Assembly: GCF_026571515.1 (NCBI RefSeq)
Contig: NW_026862082.1
Span: 62,001-126,000 of the forward strand
Direction: 5' to 3'
DNA: 64,000 nucleotides
Source of the DNA: Ruditapes philippinarum
Taxonomy: Eukaryota
The position numbers were made by a program, and so were the translations under genes. This document shows, piece by piece, positions 42,060 through 55,148 of the stretch (position 1 is its first letter; every line of letters begins with the position of its first letter). The notes beneath the pieces are model-generated. The model had not been told where the DNA came from, did not search any database, and worked only from the letters and a program-made list of their open reading frames with translations.

Positions 42060-42485
42060 AAACGCTAGTGGAAAACAAATGTTTTATACCGAGGAGTAAA
42101 GTACGTCCTTTGTCTTTAATTGTATACACAGATTTTATCAATAGGTGCCTGCTCGGATTCTTAACCATTATTTTGAGTAATGCTTATGCCCTCAATATTT
42201 ATTGTTTAATTATTCAATTTATTGATGAGACTAAATGTAGGCTAAAACAAGGACTAATTTATCAAAAATGATCGATCATTTATTTTACTAGAACATATAC
42301 ACATCTATTTTCTTTGTTAGAATGCCGTTAAATAACAAAGGAAGAAATAAATGATACAGTGTTCCGACAATTTATTAGTAAACTCATTCGAGCGGAAACC
42401 ATTAATTTCATAATGGTTAGAAAATCACCAATGCTTGTATTAATTAAGAAGATATACATTTTTCTAAACAAGCATGTGTCATTTA

Positions 42486-43108
42486 TTATCGCATGGTTTG
42501 GAACTTTACCTTTGTTCTTACAAACCCATTATACTCAGGACACTTTCAATGAGCATTTGGAAACTGTATTGATATATAGCAGTACAGTTTTTTCATTGAT
42601 TCATATAGGAAAAAACTCAACTGCTATATAGCGGTTGAGTTTTTTCGCACCTTGTATATATCAGTGTAGTTTTTTCACTGAGGCTCCAATGGGGCAGCGG
42701 TAACGAACATTCCCAGGAGCAAACAAAAAATAAAAAAATAAATAATTAATGAAATGAATGTATTCTCATATAATTATGCAACTGCTGAAATCAAAAGGTA
42801 CTCCGCTGAATGAATTATTTCCACTGAAAAAGCTGTAAGGTAGCTGGTATTCGTTCATTTTATCTGGGAGTGAGAAGGTGAAAACGTGAAAAAAAATTCT
42901 GATTTCTGTTACAAAAAAATGAAAATGCGATAAAACAGTTATAGTATATGAAACTCGTTAGAAACAAGGGTATAACACTGGCTGGGGCGACATCTCGGGA
43001 TGTTTCTGCAAAACGGACTCGACATTTTTAGCAGAAACACCCCTTGATGTCGCCCCAGCCAGTGTTATATCCTCGTAACTAACTCGTTTCTTATACTTTA
43101 ACTATTAC
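42486..43108. mobile_element. Non-autonomous element with a ~165 bp terminal hairpin
   Basis: Absent from copy 2 (~58670). Perfect 24 bp inverted repeat TATAACACTGGCTGGGGCGACATC (42971-42994) / 43046-43069 inside an imperfect palindrome at 42937-43103. A second short IR pairs TTATCGCAT (~42486) with ATGCGATAA (~42925). Confidence 0.75.
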
Positions 43109-46100
43109 TAATTAAGTAATGTAATTTTTCGACTCATTTATTTATTTAAAAATAAATCACAGTCAACGGATATGTCATTGCTCTACTGCATAGTTTACAT
43201 AATAATTCTGCAATTATATTAATTTTCCTAATACTTTTATGTTACTTTTATTAACTCGTTGGTAAAGATATTACTTTTATTCTCACATTGGTAAATAGAT
43301 ATGTTATTGCTTACAATTTAACTGTGTTTCACTTGCCTCATTTTAGAACGTCTCTTCATTTACATGCACTTTAGCATAACATTTTGCACTTTCATGCAGG
43401 AGCAAAATCAACTCATTTAGGTAGTTAGCTTAATGCAAAATGTTTCACAAATAACTAATAAAATGTGTATGTTTCGGATAACATTTCACAAGATAACTAA
43501 CCGTTGCCTCCCACACTTTAGCTTATGTAACGTTATGACAGAATTTAAAAGAAAGCTCTCTACATTCTAAAACATTACCTATCAATGCATTTCAAACGCA
43601 TTAAATAATTTGACACCAGTAAATATGAAACATGGGCAAAGGATTATATAAAGATATGCAATTCGGGTGCTAAATTTGAATAAAAATATAGCAGATGTTA
43701 AATATAAATATACCAGTTTTGTTTGTTGTGTTTTACCCAGAACTTATAAATATTTAAATTTGAGTACCGCTCAAGCTGGTGCTAGGGGGTCGTATGTGAT
43801 GTTACACTTTCTTTCAGTATTATGTACAAACTCATTCTAACCGCGTCTGCATTTTTCATGCAATTTTGTTGTGAATAATGCTTCCAAGGGAACTTTTTGC
43901 AGTTTTTATGTGATATGAAAGTTGGTTTATACGGTCAACAATTGCTTCGTCAGAATTTATTTATTCACTTATATATTCAAATATATTACATATGCGATAA
44001 TTTATTATATGGGTCTATAAGAGCATCTATTTCATGCTTTTGTTTCTGTATCATTCTGTAAACTAAATCAATTTGAAGAAAGGCAAACTTCCCGGTCTTA
44101 TTGGAATTTCTCAGACATATAAAGAAATACGGTGAAGATGTTTTACTGTAAACAACAAATTTAGAGATGCACCTCGTTTCCTGAACTAATAAAAATGTCA
44201 ATGTATAGTGTGCTAGATGCATTATTAAAAAAGCGCTCTTAAACTCTTCACACTTTGTTTGACTGAAATTCAATTCCAGATGTCTTAAAATAAAGAATGT
44301 ACTGTTCTCTGTTTCTCAGAATATCTTTCTAAACACTTTTTTTGATACTTTAAATATGCTAAACAGAAGCAAATTATGATATATTTGGTAAATATGTTCA
44401 GCAAATTCTATTTTATTGTAATTTTTATTTGTTCTTATTACACTTATAATTACACAAGCCACTTTAACAACAATAAAGCACTTGAAATAACCCGCTTCAC
44501 ATACTTCCACGGCTTTTTCCCAATAAGCTGCGTTAAATTATATCAAATGCTATCTTAAGTTTCTTAACATTTCAGATTTAATGTTTCTAAACCGATAAAA
44601 CAGGGTATTCAATTAAACCACATGAGATTATTGAATCAGCAGAATGACAATTTGAAACTTAACATGTATTTAAAATACATTTCAGGAGAGAGTAATCTCG
44701 TTTTGATATTGATTTGAAATGTATGTTTTTATATAGCTTATTGGAGATGTTGATGGAATGCAACATACCGAACGTAATCATTGTAACGAGAATAAAGAGG
44801 GACTCCACTGAGGATTTTTAACATGTCATGAGTAGAAATGTTTGAGGTGTTTGTACCATTTGATGAAGGTCTCATTCTCTTACAAGAATAATCATTTTTC
44901 TTGTGCGAAATGGCGGAAAAATGAAAAGCGTGTACCAAATTGGCTACGAATTACATTCACTATCGATTCTCAATTTAATTATGAGTATATTTATTGCAGA
45001 ATTTTCAAGTCTTTCACTTGGTCAATGTAAAAAACTCAAATTTTACTTTTTAGGTTTTTGTTCACCTCAGGGGATATCCTTTACGATTAATGTCGATGAT
45101 TTTATAAGTAATTTGTCTTCCTTATATTTTCCGTAATTTAGTGATGTATAATTATTTCACATGATTGTTCGATATAGACTTACATTGCTACAATGAAACC
45201 TGTGGTAATGATCTAGAAACGTCCGCATCAAAGAGCAGAAAGACAAATATAATTACACAATAAGCTAAATATTAAATATTGCATTTTTCACTTGTCGGCG
45301 TGATATATTCCGTATGGCATATTCACTAAGAATAAACAAGAGTCATTTTAAGTATCACCAAAAAAAGTGTGATCCTTGTTAACATATAAACTGCTGCACA
45401 GTAACATGTACTGTTTCAGGTATTCATAATGTCTCTATAAATTAAAGCTTATTTTATAATAATAATAATATCTAATTATGTTACTTTTGCTCCGTAAGCG
45501 TTCTTGGTTTGACGTAAAATATTACATAACCTAGATACCTACAATGATCGTTAGTACTAGATTTATTCATTAAGCTCTAATTTCATTATTTTTATAACAC
45601 TGGAGTTTTTAATCAACAGTACAATATGATGGTACCACCAGCCTTTCGTTCATTATGTAAAATAGCATTATACATTAATTATTATTATATAATTTATAAA
45701 CTTAGTCTAATTGACTAAATTCTCTAAATTATATAAATCCTTTTCCTCCCATCCAAGTTTGCAAATGATAAATGTAAAATGTAATTTAACGGACTCGCAC
45801 AGTGCTTATATGTATTTAACGAGTTATATTAATTGATTTTTATTAGATTAACCTTAAACGTTCAAGTGTGTATCTAAAAACGGCTGGACTATTCGCTCTT
45901 TCCACGCATGTTTTAGACATATTTGGAGTTGGCTAAATGTTCAATGCTGATAAATTATAATGCAACATTCGTTGTTTGATTAAACAAATGTTTCTTCATA
46001 GGTCCTTTATATTGGATTAATTTGTTAAAATAAGAATGGTGTGCCCATCTTCTTCAAGGAACTGGCATTGATTGGTTTTACAATGATTGTATAATTTTCA

Positions 46101-47959
46101 GTTAGTGGCTGTCTACACAATCTCAATATATATCACAATCTCAATAACGTAAAGTTAAAAGCACATTTGCATTTAGTAACGATTCTTGAATAAAACTATC
46201 TTGGGAAATGTAAATGCTACTTTTTCAAATAAATGGTCATTCCTCAATCATTAACAACCAGTAAATCTCTTATGGCGATAACAACTTTCTTAAATTTTAG
46301 CAGTTATATACATTGTAAACTGATATCGTAACGTTCACATGGGTAAAGTGATATTGAAATATAGCAATACAATAATTTTTATCCAAGAGCGATGGCAAAT
46401 ATAGACAAATAATGTATTGCTACAACATATATATATATATATATCTGGTGAAGAAAAAAAATTAACACTAAATAAACATTGGTTTAATAACTGGAATAAG
46501 AAACACGATACTGACTGCAATTGTTCAAACATATATTTAGTAAAACAGTTACTGTATTAAAACGTCAAAATTGAGAACAGATTTGTAAATTTATTGATAC
46601 AAAGTATCCAGAGTAAATGTTTGTTCATTCTTGTGTTACTTTTGGCGAATTTACTGTTATAGTAATGGTAATTTCCATATATCTAACATCTTCTAAAAAT
46701 GTTTTACTTAAGACATAATTTTGCTGAGCTTGTAAGGCTTATTGCATTAAAATTATAATTTCATACTGCTTCACAAATATTTGTTTTAATTTCGTGTGCC
46801 TTATACGTTTAAAAGAATTACGCACTCCATCTATCGTATTCAAACAGACAGAGTAGATCGAAATAATTGAGTAATGATATAAAATTGCCAAAATTTACAA
46901 TTTTCAAGGTGCATACCGGCTACCTAACTAATAAACAGGCCAGTTTGTTATGAACTTTGTTTCGCTAAAAATGCGATTTTTGCTCCTGCTTTAACGTTCC
47001 CTGACGATGATTAGAACTATAATTTATGAATAAAAAGAATATAGAAATAGATAACAAATATAAGATTTACATCGTTTGGATAAATATATAATGTATGCTT
47101 GTAAATATAAAGTGTCATACTTTTATCATTTTAATAAGGAACTGAAATGATTAAAATCGAGTAGACAAACTGTACACAATCAAATACTTAATCTTATGTA
47201 TTTTTATAATAAAAAATCTTTATGATGTTCCAGAGTCAAAACTTCTATTTCACACATATACAGTTATTCTGTTTAATGTAAACGTTCGCATTGATACATC
47301 GATAATATAAATATAATAGAGTAAGCATTAAAAACAACAAAAATACATGAAAATTGCAGACTCGGTTTGAGACTTTACAAGAGGGATAATGAAAAAGGGC
47401 AACATCCCTCATGAACCTATACCGCTTAACGTTCACACGCATAACTTCAATATGTTAAAGTCAAAATGTTTCATTAGGCAATAAAAGTAAAACTTTAACG
47501 CCTATTCCATTGACATATTTGAGATGTTCGATATAAAATACAACAGAATGAATTAATGCCTGTCTGGGCGGTTTACTATCTCAATTATATGTTTGACAAC
47601 TTCATTAAAGAAAGTTATAGTATGTCTGTCTGTTGCGAACGATATAATATATTAAATAAATAAGTATTGTACTTTATAATTGGTATTCTTGAAAGAGAAG
47701 TGGTTACTAGTATGTATACAAACTACCAAATTGCCACTCTTGAATACTGTTGTCAATGCATTATCATTACCACAGAATCAATTATCGGTATGCTTTAATT
47801 AACTTTTGAAAATTAACTTAGAATTTCTCTAAAGACATTAAAAGATTTTTAAAAGTGATAAATGGGTAGGTATAGGTATTTCTCCGTTACTTTCTTCGTT
47901 ATTATTTGCTGCAATTTGTATCAGCAGCTACAATGCTAATGTCAAATGCGACTTGAGTT

Positions 47960-48433
47960 CTTTCTATTCCGCTATTTTCTTGTTGGGTGGTTCGAGTATT
48001 CCTCACTTGAATACTGTTGAATCACCCTTAAGATATATGGCCTGCTTTTTTAATTTGTCTTTTGGCGTTTTATCTGTGATGTGCAGGCTTCATAACCGCT
48101 TTTTAAAATTCCATTTTATTTAGTTTCACCCATTGTTTTGTCGTTTAGGGCACACGCATGTGTTTACTTGGGGACCATATGCCGCTTTCTATGTAATGGC
48201 ACTTACTTGACATGATGGCCGCCATATTAACACATCTGTAGATGTTTCAAAATTCAAAATTGTACCAATTCATGTTAAATGTTGAATTCTGTTTAAGCCA
48301 GTGCTTGGGAGCGTGGACGGTAGTTTGCACTTGCCAGTACCGTCCATGATCAGGCTCAATCAAACCGAGCCTGCAACATTTTCAATTTTGCCGTGTTGGG
48401 CTTTCTTTGTGGATTCTTATTTTCTCTCTTTGA
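47960..48433 (+). mobile_element. Second long module C element, absent at the equivalent site in copy 2 (~61950)
   Basis: Copy 2 reads GCGACTTGAACAATC, while copy 1 reads GCGAC-TTGA-[~470 bp]-TTGA-ACAATC. Confidence 0.6.
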
Positions 48434-49603
48434 ACAATCTTTAACAATAAAGGCAAATTCCTAGTTCTGAGATTTGACGTTAGCTACATAGTTGTTATTT
48501 CAATTGTGATTTAATTAATTAAAACTTTATTTTTGATACAATGTACGACATGAGATACACTCATATGACATATATCGGGTAAGAACGTTGAAGGTCACAT
48601 TGAAGGTTCCATGATGGCGTGTATGCCCTAAATAGCTCCGGAAGTGTTTGTGTTGGAGAAGGGGCGCATGTTGTGTTTGTTCTGTTTGGATGTCTAGCTG
48701 CTCATACTTTCAGGCTCGGTTAACACGGAGGACAAAAGGCCTTAAAAAGTATAACTACCATGGAGCTCTTTAAATCGAAAGATCTGCACACAAAAAAAGA
48801 AAAAAGAATGTCTTCCTGAATTACACTGCAAATTGTCAAGACAAAATGAGGAAATTATCTGAAAATTTGCACATAAGTTATTAGTCCAAAACCCTTAACA
48901 AATAGTACACAAATATCAATAATTTTAAGTGCGTTCGTCTGCCTGATGTTAAAAATGCATATGTACCAGTGTAACGCACTTTGGGGTCAAAATGCGTTTG
49001 ACCCAAAAGTGCAGTGCTGCAGAGCAAACATGGAAGTATAAACTGAACGGAAAACGGTATTTCGTTCTAACGCTCACTAGAAAACGCCGCCAAAACTATA
49101 GTTCATACGTAAATGCATCGATTTTACGTTCCCAGAAAACTTCAATCAAATCTACATGGAATAGCATTTTTCGATTTTTGATATTATATGTAGCGTTTGA
49201 ATTACCAGCTGTGCATGCGCTAAAAAGGAACGAGCAAACTGGCGTTGTAACCTGTGTGACCCCGTTTGTACCGTGTAAGTTTGGTGACGAGAAACAAATT
49301 TTGCAAATCATGTTTCATTGTACAAATGTCTGACCAATAAGCCTTAACTGCTGTTTTATGGCGCAGAATGTATTTCGATGCTGTAACTGTTTCTATTATA
49401 ACTGGATTTCAAGATGCAAGCTGTTTTCTCAAAGTGATAAACATGTCAGTGAAATGTGACCCAGACAACATATGTGTTTTCTTAAGAAATTCTTGAAGAT
49501 ATTTCATGAAATAACGTCTCTTCAAATTAAGTCTGGCATGTTGAGAACCAGAAAGGAATGTTTACAGGTTAAATCCCCTTAACAATTTTGATTAACAGAA
49601 GGC

Positions 49604-49780
49604 TTAGTGTAAACGTACCTATTAAAGCTCGATTGCGAAACAGATTTTTTGCAGATTATATTAATCACTTCCGAATCCGCTTCCTGGAACCAACCAGTAC
49701 TGGTGTCATATAAAGAATTATGGTCGTGACTCGAACCCATGATTCTTGGGCTGGGAGGCAACACCTTAACCACTATGCCA
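49604..49780 (-). mobile_element. Old tRNA-derived SINE (family 2), duplicate of 35040-35203
   Basis: A box TGGCATAGTGG, B box GGTTCGAGTC, body ATGACACCAGTACTGGTTGGTTCCAGGAAGCGGA. Confidence 0.78.
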
Positions 49781-51086
49781 TTGCTCCCTTTAATGGTAAA
49801 CTTGCATTAAAACAGTAGGTACAATACCTGTTTATAAAATATGATTAGAATATTTGAACGCTGATCGACAAAAACTATTAATTCAAGCAAAATATTTATT
49901 AAGTATCAGTCAAATATAAACTCTTGCACTGTATGTTCAAGTATACATTTAGACCTTGTACATACACATTAAGTTTATATCAATCTGCAATGTCTGGACA
50001 CAATGGCGAACAACTTGTTGACTTTATGCTTGAAAATCAATCACAAATGAAAAATTATTGACGTTTGCTTCAAGTTTAAATAATACATAACACAGGGCTG
50101 TCACAATGTCGACAAAATTTAAAATATGGCACCAAAGTGTCATAAATAGAGCAACAAGTCATTGTCACTTTAATCCGGTCTGAGTCATACTGGACCTTAC
50201 AATAATTTAAATCAATGTATATTGGAGTTTCAGAAATTGTAAGCATAGATATTTGTTTATCATAGGACAATAATAAGTATGTTGACATGTCTAAGTATGC
50301 TAAAATGTCTTCTGTAACCCAAATCCTACATCTATATACGTTTTGCGTCAAGCATGTGCCCTTGCCACTTTTCGTTATGTTTTAAGAATAATACTTTTTG
50401 TAAAACTTAGACTCCAAAACTTTTCTGGTCACTTCACTCAAAACATTAAGAAGAACCCATCAATCTCTGTGCAAGCATGCCTTCTTACAAAATCGTGTAA
50501 GTTCAATGACATATGAAAATACAGGGAAAAGGGATTTTTTGTCTAAGTATATTCCTTATTTCGTTATATAACGATTTCATTCATTCATTCATTATTTTCT
50601 AGCTTCCACAGTAAATAATACTTATCTTGGAAATCTAGACATGGGTTAATTTAGTGTACCTTTCTCTAGACAATTCTGATATAAGATGTCTGTAGATAAA
50701 CAAAACGTATAAAACATCGTTATATAATAACAACTATCTTCATTTACAATATAAATGAAGTTCGTTTTTTGAAGTAAAGAAACGAGACAGTTCATGATAT
50801 TGCAATGTTCCACCTATGTATGTACTTAAAATGTTTTGACTTCTTTTAATTTAACAAAACACAATAAGCCGAGATAGAATAAAAATAAGAAGCACACATC
50901 ATGTTACTGTTGGACTTTATTGCTGTGTTTAAATAGCTGTCTGTGAACTTAGAATTATGTACGGAGCTCCGTATCGAATTTGCTAAGAAATATTTAAAAC
51001 TATTAAAACGATAACATAAGTGTCAAACAATTTATTATCTGTAATATCTACAACATATTACTATCCATGTTCTGGTAAACATTTCC

Positions 51087-53714
51087 CAGTCTACATTACT
51101 TATAACGAGATCGGTTTAAACGAGGTACCGCTTACTACGTATATTCTACTGTGTTCCAGCCTTTTTATACGCCCGTTTGAAAAACGGGACGTATTATGGG
51201 AACGCCCCTGGCGGGCGGTCGGGCGGCCGGCGTCCAATTTTGTCCGGAGCATATCTCCTACATGTATGGAGGGATTTTAATGAAACTTCATAGAAATGTT
51301 CACCACTATTAGGAGCAGTGTCACGCACATAAACCAGGTCTCTAGGTCACAGGTCAAGGTCACACTTAGAGCTCATTGAAAAATGCTTGTCCGGAGCAAA
51401 ACTTCCACATGTATAGAGGGATTTCAATATTACTTGGCACAAATGTTTACCATTGTGAGGCGGAGTGTCGCGCGCAAGATTCAGGTCCTTGCAGCCAAGG
51501 TCAAGGTCACACATAGAGGTCAAAGTTCAGATAAAAATATGAAGATGTGTATATGGACCATTTAGTCATCATTTATTGAGGGATTGTAACACAAATGGTC
51601 ATTATCAAGACTATGTCTGTGAAACATATAATTTAGGTCAATATATACAAGGTCAAGGTCACTAAAGATGATGAAATATCCAGATTTTGACCGGAGCATA
51701 TCTCCTACACGCATGGAGGGATTTTAATGAAATTTCATAGAAATGTTCACCATTATGAGGAGCCATGTCACGCACATGAACTAGGTCTCTAGGTCAAAGG
51801 TCAAGGTCACACTTAGAGCTCATTGAAAAACGCTTGTCCGGAGCAAAACTTCCACATACATAGAGGGATTTCAATATAACATGGCACAAATGTTCACCAT
51901 TGCGAGGCGGAGTGTCGCGCACAAAATTCAGGTCCCTGCAGCCAAGGTCAAGGTAACAGATAGAGGTCAAAGTTTAGATAAAATATGAAGATGTGTATAG
52001 GGACGATTTAATCATCATTTATTGAGGGATTGTAACACAAATGGTCATTATCATGACTACGGCTGTGACAAATGTACTTTAGGTCAATATATGCAAGGTC
52101 AAGGTCACTAAAGATGGTGAAATATCCAGATTTTGTTTGGAGCATATCTCCTACATGTATGGAAGAATTTTTATAATACTCTATGGAAATGTTCACCACC
52201 ATGATATGTATTGCTCCATGCATGATCCAGGTCTCCAGGTCAAAGGTCAAGGTCACACTTAGAGCTCATTGAAAAACGCTTGTCCGGAGCAAAACTTCTA
52301 CATTCATAGGGGGATTTCAATATAACTTGGCACAAATGTTCACCATTGTGAGGCTGAGTGTCGCACGCAAAATTCAGATCCCTGCGACCAAAGTCAAGGT
52401 TACACATAGAGGTCAAAGTTCAGATAAAAATTTGAAGATGTGTATAGGGGCCATTTAGTCATCATTTATTGATGGATTGTAGCACAAATGGTAACTATCA
52501 TGACTACAGGTGTGACACATTTAATTTAGGTTAATATTTGCAAGGTCAAGGTCACTGGAGATGATTTAATATCCAGATGTTGTCCGGAGCATATTTTCTA
52601 CATGCATGGAGGAATTTTAATGTTACTTTATAGAATTGTTCACCACCATGAGACGTAGTGCCCTGCACATGAACCAAGTCTCTAGGTCAAAGGTGAAGGT
52701 CACAGTTAGAGCTCATAGAAAAACGCTTGTCTGGAGCAAAACTTCTACATGCATAGAGGGATTTCAATATAATTTGGCACACATGTTCATCATTGTGAGG
52801 CTGAGTGCCGTGCATAAAATTCAGGTCCCTGCGACCAAGGTCAAGGTCACACATCCTGTGCATATCTTCACTACTGATTTGTTTTAAGGTTCATTTAACA
52901 ACACAGTGCCAAGAATAAAAACTTGCTTGCTAGATAACACTTATCCATAATGCCCCCATCTCCATCTAAAGCTTTCGTAAACGGGCGTATTTTGTGACTA
53001 TGGCACCCTTGTTCCTTCTATTTTCCTTTCATTTTATATCGTTTATAACGAGATCAGTTTTTTAGCGATTACATCGTACATATATTTGACGTCCCATGCG
53101 TAATTTTCAGAATTTTACCGAGGTCACGTCATTGGCACTTCGTGTGCACCATTTTGTCACCTTGAGAAAAACGATGGTGACCAAAAACAAAGGTCAACTA
53201 AGGAAGAAATTACTGAGCAATTAGCGATCAAATGTGTCAGTCTTGTTTTGTCAACGCTCCGGGCTAAATTGTCCTTTAGCTGACGAAATGTTATAACCAA
53301 ACTATTTCATTAAGTGATAAGCACAAAGAAAGCGGCTAATTTCTTGCAGTGCTATTCGGTGCTCGTGAGAAATACACTGCGTGACTTTTAAAAAAAGAAA
53401 TTTAAAATGTACATATTGATAACAACACAAGCGGTTTGGCGTCGTATCGCTTTTCACATGTTTTGTTTAAATTCTATGATAGCTAGATATATTTTTTTAT
53501 ATGTATATTTAAATAAAACAAAAACTACTGTGTGCAAAGAGTTACCTCCTATTATGTACTCTTTAAAAAAGAGGTACGCGAAAGGGAAAGTAGAAATAAA
53601 TGCTGTTCGACGTTGTCGGATTTCTCAATTTGTTCTGTCCCGGTTATAACGAGACCTATTATAACGAAGAATCATGCAAAGTCCCGACGATCTCATTATA
53701 TCCGGAGTGCACTG
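51087..53714. mobile_element. Tc1/mariner(pogo)-type MITE hosting a nested insertion
   Basis: Ends CAGTCTACATTACTTATAACGAGATCG ... CGATCTCATTATATCCGGAGTGCACTG followed by TA, with repeated TTATAACGA subterminal motifs. The empty site TTTCCCATATTTCGATC is at ~36711 in copy 1. Confidence 0.75.
51162..53013 (+). mobile_element. Helentron-associated non-autonomous element (HINE/DINE-1-like) carrying a tandem repeat array
   Basis: Starts in a T run. 5' subTIR ATACGCCCGTTT (51167-51178) has a local hairpin partner AAACGGG and is followed by a GGGC/GGTC microsatellite. Internal ~447 bp units start at 51244, 51691, 52137 and 52584. 3' subTIR AAACGGGCGTAT (52979-52990), then a short imperfect hairpin and a CTTGTT end. 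Confidence 0.88.
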
Positions 53715-54837
53715 TATTTCGATCTAACAGATCCTATTAATTGTTTTTTTTTAATCATCGGAAAAGCAGTAAATATGGTCAATTATAAATCATAATAATC
53801 TTTCGTCGAAGCGAATTCAATGAACCAATTTATACTCTTGGAAACAGAGGGCAAAACTGACATAGACTAACAAAGATACACTATTTAGTATATACACTCT
53901 TCAGACGTAATCAATTATTCTTACAATTATTTATTATAAAACAATTAAATAGAGGCATGTCCCATTATGAATAAATGTCAAACATAAATCGTTTGTCGAG
54001 CAATATCGATTAAGTTGTTTTAAGATACTTTTGAGAAAGAAATTATCTTAATGCCATTGGTCATGCGGACGTCTGAGTATTGCACTGATTCTCGTATTTT
54101 TACATCTTCTTTGCACGGAAAGATCATTTAAAAAGGGGTTTCAAACGATTTTGCATTCTCTTGAAACGTATAATAGAAAATTGTTTGTCTTTCATGCGAA
54201 AGACAATTTGCGTACGTAACTATAATTTGGCATTTAGAATACATAAAATTCGAATTCTAAAGCAAAACACATGTTCATTGATTTCAGGCTTCAAGGCCAT
54301 TTAAGTGAATTAAACAGAAATACACGTTTGTGACTATTAATTGCCAGTGCTGGCATTCCTCAGAAACATGAAGCAATGATTACAGAAATATTCTCTTTCT
54401 TTAAGGTTCATTATGCTACCATTTTTATTTCACAAAAACATGATTGTTTTAGCATATTACTACAGTTTCCAAAAAATACACACATTTGCTAAATGAAAGA
54501 ACTCTTTCCTTATTTTGCTTGGTTTGCAATTAGATCATTATAACAGTGAACTAGTAGTTTGTATGGTAGTCAACATCACTATATTGCCTACATTTTGCTT
54601 CCTCTAAGGCACATCAATGAACATTTATCGCTACTGTCATCAGCTTTTAAACATCTAACATACCCTTACTTCATAAATAATATTTTATTTAACTTACGTT
54701 TGACATTTCTAAAGAAATTCATAAAATGTGGATCTCCGATGTTAACAGAACACAAACATAATAAAAATAATTATAATAAGAAGAAGAAGAGGAAGAGGAA
54801 GTTTTAAATTTTGAGAAATACAAATGAAAACACTTTG

Positions 54838-55148
54838 ACCGGTACCGTTGGCCTAGTGGTTAAGGCGTCCGCCTTCGGATCGGGAGGTCGAAGGTTCGAG
54901 CCCCACGGGGAGCGCTAATTGAAGGATGAATGTTTCTCGTGGGACTCGTTCCGAAATGGCCGCATCGTGAGCCGCGAGGTAGTTAAAATGAATGGTTACC
55001 GATTTCTATCCGCCTGGCGCCTGGCATAGTGGTAGGAATTGGGATGTACATGGTATACAACCAAAAGGTGTCTCATAAGTCAAAATGGCTGGCCCTTTCA
55101 GTAGGGGTGACACTATAATAAACAAGACCTTTACCTTTACCTTTACCT
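54838..55148 (+). mobile_element. Full-length tRNA-Arg(TCG)-derived SINE (family 1)
   Basis: A box TGGCCTAGTGG, B box GGTTCGAGCCC and an (ACCTTT)n tail. Absent from copy 1. Confidence 0.92.

Noticed and set aside
54841-54915. Possible tRNA-Arg(TCG) gene (also 3293-3365)
   Set aside because: No acceptor-stem pairing and no T-run terminator. It continues into a SINE body and tail.
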